Assembly (NCBI RefSeq): GCF_000015245.1 | Contig: NC_008700.1 | Coordinates: 4,250,317 to 4,274,316 of the forward strand | Source of the DNA: Shewanella amazonensis SB2B | GTDB lineage: Bacteria; Pseudomonadota; Gammaproteobacteria; Enterobacterales; Shewanellaceae | Reading direction: 5' to 3' | DNA: 24,000 nt | Shown here: positions 18,146 through 24,000 of the stretch, piece after piece | How positions within the stretch are numbered: the stretch's first letter is position 1 | Layout: every line of letters starts with the position of its first letter | Notes under the pieces: model-generated | Told to the model about the DNA's origin: nothing | Databases searched by the model: none | What the model saw: the letters and a program-made list of their open reading frames with translations, nothing else | Program-made: the position numbers and the translations under genes

Positions 18146-18742
18146 TTAACTGACCGATTTATTGAGGTAGTTGGCCACGCCATCGAGGAACATCTGCACC
18201 GAAATCATTACCAGCACCATGCCCATCAAACGCTCAACGGCGGTTAAGCCTTTTTCACCGAGTATCCGGGTAAAGCCTTTATAAAACATCAAAATAAAGG
18301 CGCTTACCCCCCAGGCAGACACCAGGGCTATGGTCCAGTCCAACATACGGCTGCTGTCGGTATGGGCCAGCAGGATCAATGCCGCCAGAATCGAAGGGCC
18401 GGCCATCAATGGAATCGCCATGGGCACGATAAAAGGCTCTTCCCCTGCCGGCAGACCTGTTACGCCTCCCGGACTTGGGAAAATCATCTTAATGGCAATC
18501 AGAAACAGAATGATGCCCCCGGCGATACTCACAGATTCGGAGCGCAGATTAAGGAAATTGAGTATGGCTTCACCGGCAAACAGGAACATCAGCATGATGA
18601 CGAGCGCAAACAGCAGCTCACGGATCAACACCTTACGACGTTTTTTAGGATCAATATGCCGCAAAATAGAGGCAAATATGGGCAGATTGCCCAGAGGATC
18701 CATAATCAAAAACAACATTACGGCGGCGGAAAAAATATCCAT
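18146..18742 (-). CDS. MarC-family (UPF0056) integral membrane protein
   Basis: 198 aa with about 6 TM segments. The N-terminal FLIMDPLGNLPIF signature fits the family. Confidence 0.8.
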   Translation of the reverse strand: MDIFSAAVMLFLIMDPLGNLPIFASILRHIDPKKRRKVLIRELLFALVIMLMFLFAGEAILNFLNLRSESVSIAGGIILFLIAIKMIFPSPGGVTGLPAGEEPFIVPMAIPLMAGPSILAALILLAHTDSSRMLDWTIALVSAWGVSAFILMFYKGFTRILGEKGLTAVERLMGMVLVMISVQMFLDGVANYLNKSVS

Positions 18743-18790
18743 AGCAATTAGTTATCGAAAAATACCAACTTGGAGGCCATTGTAATAGCT

Positions 18791-18796
18791 ATTATA
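18791..18796 (-). promoter_or_regulatory. Consensus -10 hexamer (TATAAT) upstream of the MarC-family gene
   Basis: A perfect TATAAT on the minus strand lies 49 nt upstream of the ATG. There is no convincing -35 element. Confidence 0.25.
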
Positions 18797-18825
18797 GCGA
18801 CAGCGAAATGCAAGTTTACGAATGA

Positions 18826-20955
18826 TTAGCCTTGTCTGATATGTCTGCTGACCGGCTCCATCAGATCCATAAAGCTGCTAGCGAACAGCTCTATCGCGCA
18901 GGGTTTGCCGAACAAATAGCCCTGGAAATAGCTGCAGTCATGGGCCAGTAAGAAATTTAATTGATCTTCGGTTTCAACCCCTTCAGCCAGCACACCCAAG
19001 CCCAACTTTTTAGCCAGTGTAATAATAATCTCGGTAATTACTGCATCATGTTGATTTAAAGCTATTTCTCTGACAAAAGACTGGTCAATTTTGAGCTCTG
19101 ATAAGGGGAAGCGTTTAAGGTAACTAAGAGAGGAATAGCCTGTACCAAAATCATCTACTGAAAAGCGAACCCCTCGCACTCGTAGAGCATTCATTTTTAA
19201 GATGATTTCCTCAACATTCTCAGCCATCAAACTTTCAGTTAATTCCAGCATAATGCGCGCAGGATTGGCGCCGCAGTCATCAATTATTGCCAATACCCGT
19301 TCAACAAAATTGTGGTCTCGAACCTGATTCACACTGACGTTAACCGACAGTGAGATTTGTGCCAGGCTCGGATGACTCTCCCATTCAACCAAAGTCTCAC
19401 AAGTCTTGCGCAATACCCATTCCCCTATAGGTATGATCAGGTCGGTTTGCTCAGCCAAAGGGATAAACTGGTTGGGCATCACCAGGCCTCGAACCGGATG
19501 CTGCCAGCGGATCAACACTTCACCACCACACAGCCTGCCACACGCGTCAACTTGAGGCTGACAGAAAAGCCTGAACTCGTTTTCCAACACCCCGTTGCGT
19601 AAATCATTTTCCAGCGCAACCCGCTCCTCCACCGCAGCCTGCATAGCCGGATCAAAGAAACGCAAAGCATTTTTGCCTGCTTCCTTTGCCTGATACATAG
19701 CCACATCCGCCTGTTTGAGGAGTTCCTCCAAGCCAGGGCGGCCCTCGGCAAACAAGGCTATCCCGATGCTGGGTGAGGTTCGAAGCTGCTTTCCAGCCAA
19801 CATAAAAGGGTCGTTCAATAAGCCCCGGACCTTTTGGCCAACCGATTTGGCTTTAAGCGCTGCTCCCCGCTCATCAATGCCCAGATTTTCCATAACAATA
19901 ACAAACTCATCACCACCCAATCGGGCGACCAGCTCGCAGCGTCGAACCGCTTGAAGCAGACGATCAGCCACCATTTTTAATAACGCATCGCCGACATCAT
20001 GACCCATGGTGTCATTGAGAATTTTGAAATTATCAAGATCGATAATCAACAGCGCGCCAATCTGTTTACTGCGCTCACAGAGTGCGATGGCAGCCTTGAG
20101 ACGCTCCATTAACAAGGTTCGGTTGGCCAGACCGGTTAACACATCGTAGTAGGCCAATTGATAAATTCGCGCTTCTGATTCTTTACGCTCTGTTAAATCC
20201 ATATTAGTGCCAGACATCCGAAGCGGTGTTCCATCAGCCCCACGGAGAATAACCCCTCTGCAAAGCACGGGTAGGTAACTACCCGACTTGGTCTGCAATC
20301 TAAATTCGGTATCAAAGGAAGAAGGGCCGGATCTATCGAACAACCCATTCATTTTGTCCATGACTTTTTGATAATCGTCCGGGTGCAACAGCTTGACCCA
20401 CAAGTCCTCTGTGGGTTCCAGCTCGTCGGGTTCTCTACCGATCATCTGCCACCACCTGGGAGAGTAGTAAACGGTGTGTTGGCGAAGATCCCAATCCCAT
20501 GCCGCGTCATTGGCACCTTGCAGCATCAGGTTCAAGCGCTCTTCGGAGGCTTTAAGGGCCTCTTCGGCATGCTTAAGCGCTGAGATATCGGTAAAACACG
20601 TAATGACCTGTAAGACTTCGCCATCCTCGCCGATACTCGGAAAGGCGTTACACAACACCCAGGCAACATCCTTAGCAACAGGCCTGTGCACTTTCAGAAT
20701 CATTCCCCATACACCTTCCTTGCACTTAAGCACCCGGTTTACAGGGTAATCTGCAAGGCTCATTGGGGTGCCATCGGGAAAGTCGAACCGCCATGCGGGG
20801 TCAATATCTACCTTCCCCAGCATCTGCGCAGTGCTCAGGCCGAGAATTTCAGATGCTCTGTCATTGGCATACAAAATTTCTGATTGAGGACCATGGACGA
20901 CAATCCCCACTGGAATATACTCAATCAGGTCACTGAAAAGGTTATAATTTATCAT
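18826..20955 (-). CDS. PAS-PAS-GGDEF-EAL cyclic-di-GMP signalling protein
   Basis: Two PAS-like blocks are present. The GGDEF motif is intact (RLGGDEFVIV) and no RxxD I-site lies 5 residues upstream. EAL-domain motifs are intact: ELTES, DDFGTGYSSLSYL, KIDQSF, EGVET and QGYLFGKP. Confidence 0.9.
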   Translation of the reverse strand: MINYNLFSDLIEYIPVGIVVHGPQSEILYANDRASEILGLSTAQMLGKVDIDPAWRFDFPDGTPMSLADYPVNRVLKCKEGVWGMILKVHRPVAKDVAWVLCNAFPSIGEDGEVLQVITCFTDISALKHAEEALKASEERLNLMLQGANDAAWDWDLRQHTVYYSPRWWQMIGREPDELEPTEDLWVKLLHPDDYQKVMDKMNGLFDRSGPSSFDTEFRLQTKSGSYLPVLCRGVILRGADGTPLRMSGTNMDLTERKESEARIYQLAYYDVLTGLANRTLLMERLKAAIALCERSKQIGALLIIDLDNFKILNDTMGHDVGDALLKMVADRLLQAVRRCELVARLGGDEFVIVMENLGIDERGAALKAKSVGQKVRGLLNDPFMLAGKQLRTSPSIGIALFAEGRPGLEELLKQADVAMYQAKEAGKNALRFFDPAMQAAVEERVALENDLRNGVLENEFRLFCQPQVDACGRLCGGEVLIRWQHPVRGLVMPNQFIPLAEQTDLIIPIGEWVLRKTCETLVEWESHPSLAQISLSVNVSVNQVRDHNFVERVLAIIDDCGANPARIMLELTESLMAENVEEIILKMNALRVRGVRFSVDDFGTGYSSLSYLKRFPLSELKIDQSFVREIALNQHDAVITEIIITLAKKLGLGVLAEGVETEDQLNFLLAHDCSYFQGYLFGKPCAIELFASSFMDLMEPVSRHIRQG

Positions 20956-21260
20956 TACTTTGCTAACGCATAAGGGCGGGTTGTCAGCTCAATCTTCCCA
21001 ACTACCCATCAGTGCCGACGAGTGCATGAACTGCGAATGCAAAAAACCTTCCCTAGTGCATCGGAATCCTTAAGTCAGATATTTATCAAGAGTATAGATT
21101 CAGATAATCCACAGCTGCAGAGAATCTCCAGTTTAATTTTTATTCACCACATAATTGGCCGAGCCCCTTCATAAATCCATTCACAACGGTCAAGTGAACG
21201 GCTATTGGCGTAGCTGCCTGCCAGAAGAGACTCACGGCGCGGCGAAAGTGACTCTACACA

Positions 21261-22868
21261 ATGGTAAATAACGAAATGGTCGCTGCTCATTTAGCTGGCA
21301 ACTGGTATACTACAGCGTTTTTCACACCGCACCGGAAATCCATGTTCTATCTGCTTGCCAGCTGCATCGCCCTTCTCCTGGGCCCTCTGTGTTATCGCCT
21401 GATTGCCAACGGCAATGGGCTGCAGAAGGGGCTGGATGGCTTTATCTTTGTTTCTCTCGGTGGTCTGGTGCTTATCCACATCTTGCCCGAGCTGCTGGCC
21501 CACGGTGGTGTGCTGTCACTGCTGTTTGTGGTGCTGGGCCTTTGGGGCCCCACTGCCAGTGAAAAATTATTTCATCGCTATTCCGAATTGACCCATAACC
21601 TGACCCTGGTATTGGGGATCGGCGGCCTGATGCTGCATACCATCACAGATGGTGGTGCCATGGTGCTGGCAAGTCAGGGCAATGGCACTGCACTGCTGGC
21701 TCTGGGTGTGGTATTGCACCGGCTACCAGTGGGGCTGGCCATCTGGTGGCTGCTCAAGCCACAAATAGGCGCTCGCTGGACACTGGCCATACTGCTTAGC
21801 ATGATGCTGCTGACTGCATTGGGATACTTTGGCGGCGCCCATATCATCGAACAGCTGAGCCTCGAGAACACCGTTTATCTGCAAGCCTTTGTCACCGGCT
21901 CCATATTGCACGTGGTGTTGCATCAACCCCATGGTGAGTCATCAAACGATGACAATCGCCACGAATATCAGGCCGGTATCGGCAGCTTGCTGGGTATGGC
22001 ACTGTTGTTTGTGCTGCTGGCAGTGGCTGATGGTGGCCATGAACACGAACATCACGGCAGCGACCAACTGCTGCATTGGCTGATGCAGCTTTCGCCAGCA
22101 ATCTTATTGGCTTACGCCGTTGCTGCACTCAGGTTTCGATTCGGGATACAGCCGGGCACATCCAATAACGCTTTGGCCTGGCTGCAACGCCTCGCCGGGC
22201 CCGAAGCTCTGGTGTTGACAGCCTGGATGCTTGGCCCTGTTTACGCACTGGCGCAGGCCGTGGGGTTATTGCTGCTCGGCACTGTGTTCAGCACAGCAGA
22301 GGTTAAGCCTGTTGATCCCCACGGGAAAATCCCCAATAAGGCATTGGTGTTTGGATTCAGCCATCTGGTCGACCGCAGTGCGCCCTGGGTGCTGCTGAGC
22401 CTGGTGCTCGCCAATCTTATCGGTCATCCATCTGTTCCTCTGGCCAATCCCTGGCTGCAGGCAGCTGTGCTGGTCGTGGTGCTCTTGCCCATGCGTTTTT
22501 GTAATTTGGGGGGCGCCGTCCTTGCCATGTCGCTGGCATTCAGTGGCTGGTCAGCACCGGCTGTGTTACTCGCCTTGCTGGCAGCGCCCTGGTTAAGCCT
22601 GAGACAACTGTCTGTCATGTCCCTTCCCGTTAAGGTGGGTGCACTGGCATTGCTTGGGGCTCTTCTGGCTGTCGGCGCAAAATTGGCACCAGAGGCATCG
22701 CCGCTGTTCCATCTGCCACACGATTTGGAATGGGTCGCCATGGCACTGCTGGCACTGCTGTTTGCGGCCAGCCTGCTGCGCCTTGGTCCACGTAAATTTT
22801 TGCGTCGTTTATGGCATGGACGCGAGGCCAAAGCTCATCATCACCCACATGGGCATCACCATCACTGA
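21261..22868 (+). CDS. His-rich polytopic membrane protein, a putative divalent-metal transporter (ZIP-like N-terminal half plus permease-like C-terminal half)
   Basis: About 15 hydrophobic segments. LHTITDGGAM and LHRLPVGLAIWW resemble the ZIP TM4/TM5 HxxxDG and HxxPxG motifs. Central loops read HQPHGESSNDDNRHE and GGHEHEHHGSD. The C-terminus is AKAHHHPHGHHHH. The start is uncertain, with ATGs at 21261, 21276 and 21342. Confidence 0.6.
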   Translation: MVNNEMVAAHLAGNWYTTAFFTPHRKSMFYLLASCIALLLGPLCYRLIANGNGLQKGLDGFIFVSLGGLVLIHILPELLAHGGVLSLLFVVLGLWGPTASEKLFHRYSELTHNLTLVLGIGGLMLHTITDGGAMVLASQGNGTALLALGVVLHRLPVGLAIWWLLKPQIGARWTLAILLSMMLLTALGYFGGAHIIEQLSLENTVYLQAFVTGSILHVVLHQPHGESSNDDNRHEYQAGIGSLLGMALLFVLLAVADGGHEHEHHGSDQLLHWLMQLSPAILLAYAVAALRFRFGIQPGTSNNALAWLQRLAGPEALVLTAWMLGPVYALAQAVGLLLLGTVFSTAEVKPVDPHGKIPNKALVFGFSHLVDRSAPWVLLSLVLANLIGHPSVPLANPWLQAAVLVVVLLPMRFCNLGGAVLAMSLAFSGWSAPAVLLALLAAPWLSLRQLSVMSLPVKVGALALLGALLAVGAKLAPEASPLFHLPHDLEWVAMALLALLFAASLLRLGPRKFLRRLWHGREAKAHHHPHGHHHH

Positions 22869-22940
22869 CACTGAAAAGACTGTTCAAAGCGGGCAATGCT
22901 GGTTAGGCTGACTGAAATCATCGACTGACCATCATTGCCT

Positions 22941-23702
22941 ATGTGCATTCTTTTTATGGCCCTTGGGGTAAACCCCGATTACCCGTTGATCCTCTGTGCC
23001 AATCGGGATGAATTTCACCACAGACCCACGGCTCCGGCACATTTTTGGGCTCCCGATAATCATATTCTGGCCGGTCAGGACTTATTGGCCGGAGGAACCT
23101 GGCTGGGCACCCACAGGCAAGGCAGGGTGGCAGCACTGACCAATATTCGCAGCCCTCAGCACCACAGCGACAACCGCGCCAGCCGGGGTGAGCTCATCCC
23201 CAGATACCTGCAAGACCCCAACAATTTTCCCCCCTGGCTGATGACCCACGCGGCCAATTACAACCCGTTTAATCTGATCTTTGGCGAAGGTCAGCGTTTC
23301 TTTTGTTTCAACAGCCTGAAGCAGGAACAGACTGAACTGGCCCCCGGCTGTCACGCCATCAGCAACGGTGCCATGGACGATATCTGGCCCAAGATGGCCA
23401 GTGGACAGCGGGCACTGGAGGCCCTGTCCGCCAAGCCGGGGAAACCGGACGAGACACTGCTGCTTGAGATGATGAGGGACGAGTCCAAACCCGACGACAG
23501 CAACCTGCCACAGACCGGTGTAAGCCTCGAATGGGAGCGGCGCCTGTCATCCATCTACATCCGCCATGAAGAATACGGCACCCGCTCAACCAGCCTCTTG
23601 CTCATCGATAAAGCAGGTCAGCAGGAATTCACCGAGGTGAGGTACGATGGCAAGGGGCGAATTCTGGGTACAGATCGCTTTACCATAGGCAGCGGCCGCT
23701 GA
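22941..23702 (+). CDS. NRDE-family (TANGO2 homologue, DUF833) protein
   Basis: N-terminal MCILF... followed by ANRDEF, the NRDE signature. The 22935 start in the ORF track is a TTG; the ATG at 22941 gives the family-typical Met-Cys start. Confidence 0.8.
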   Translation: MCILFMALGVNPDYPLILCANRDEFHHRPTAPAHFWAPDNHILAGQDLLAGGTWLGTHRQGRVAALTNIRSPQHHSDNRASRGELIPRYLQDPNNFPPWLMTHAANYNPFNLIFGEGQRFFCFNSLKQEQTELAPGCHAISNGAMDDIWPKMASGQRALEALSAKPGKPDETLLLEMMRDESKPDDSNLPQTGVSLEWERRLSSIYIRHEEYGTRSTSLLLIDKAGQQEFTEVRYDGKGRILGTDRFTIGSGR

Positions 23703-23745
23703 TTAACGCTAAACTCTTTGAAAACCAACAACAAGAATTCACATC

Positions 23746-24000
23746 ATGTTTAATGCTTTTTGCCGCTTGCTGATGAAACTCACCGGCTGGCGCTTCGAGG
23801 GTGAGTTGCCAGCCCTGCCCAGTTACATCATCACCGTTGCGCCCCACACCAGTAACTGGGACTTTATTGTGGGCGTAATGGCCCGCGGTGCCCTGGGCGA
23901 GCGCATTCACTTTTTGGGTAAACATCAGCTGTTCATCCCGCCCTGGGGTTGGTTTTTCCGCGCTATTGGCGGCAGCCCGGTGGACAGACGCAAAAACAAC
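23746..24000 (+). CDS. PlsC-family acyltransferase, 5' partial (runs off the right edge)
   Basis: Open frame from the ATG at 23746 to the window end. HTSNWD is the HX4D acyltransferase motif, and FFRAIGGSPVDR fits block II. It is absent from the ORF track because no stop codon lies in the window. Confidence 0.75.
   Translation, partial: MFNAFCRLLMKLTGWRFEGELPALPSYIITVAPHTSNWDFIVGVMARGALGERIHFLGKHQLFIPPWGWFFRAIGGSPVDRRKNN

Noticed and set aside
18783-18794. Perfect 12-bp palindrome TAATAGCTATTA overlapping the TATAAT upstream of the MarC-family gene
   Set aside because: AT-rich 12-bp palindromes are expected by chance several times in 24 kb, and I recognise no matching operator family.
19020-19260. 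Local AT-rich patch (about 30-43% GC by hand count, against ~50-57% nearby) inside the EAL-domain coding region
   Set aside because: The patch is only ~240 bp. The frame and all EAL catalytic motifs are intact and no repeat or junction flanks it. It most likely reflects local codon or amino-acid composition, not a recombination boundary.
21078-21096. Fur/Zur-box-like AT-rich sequence GATATTTATCAAGAGTATA upstream of the His-rich transporter
   Set aside because: It matches the 19-bp Fur consensus at only about 12/19 by eye, in an AT-rich intergenic region. This is below what I would accept without a scoring matrix.

Overview
Gene-dense gammaproteobacterial chromosome, Shewanella-like by gene content, the GlyGly-CTERM tail and a mid-50s %GC judged by eye. 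All family calls rest on motif recognition from memory; no searches were run. I found no tRNA, rRNA, CRISPR, IS element, integrase, phage or defence genes. The window reads as core genome, not an accessory island.

Layout:
- 313-8753 (-): a nine-gene formate dehydrogenase operon. Order is DUF3305-like, DUF3306-like, 4Fe-4S protein, TorD-like chaperone, 64-aa Tat-signal mini-protein, Cys-type catalytic subunit FdhA, Fe-S subunit FdhB, cytochrome-b subunit FdhC.
- 9031-10787 (+): divergent fdhD, translationally coupled to an HTH + binding-protein-domain regulator.
- 10788-12842: rlmF, an orphan FliL-like gene, and ubiC.
- 12872-20955 (-): M6 metalloprotease with 2 PKD domains and a GlyGly-CTERM tail, a GH63-like glycosidase, a MarC-family membrane protein, and a PAS-PAS-GGDEF-EAL protein.
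- 21261-24000 (+): a His-rich ~15-TM putative metal transporter, an NRDE/TANGO2-family protein, and the 5' end of an acyltransferase.

The most unusual structure is at 1-372. It is a tandem array that reiterates the last ~60 nt of the fdhC coding sequence plus a terminator hairpin, and it runs off the left edge. The ex-coding part is better conserved than the spacers. Other points worth follow-up are the uncharacterised FDH accessory module, the fdhD-regulator coupling, an FdhD with a displaced CxxC motif, and the His-rich transporter. I cannot point to a clear novel multi-gene system here. The findings are candidate leads, not demonstrations.
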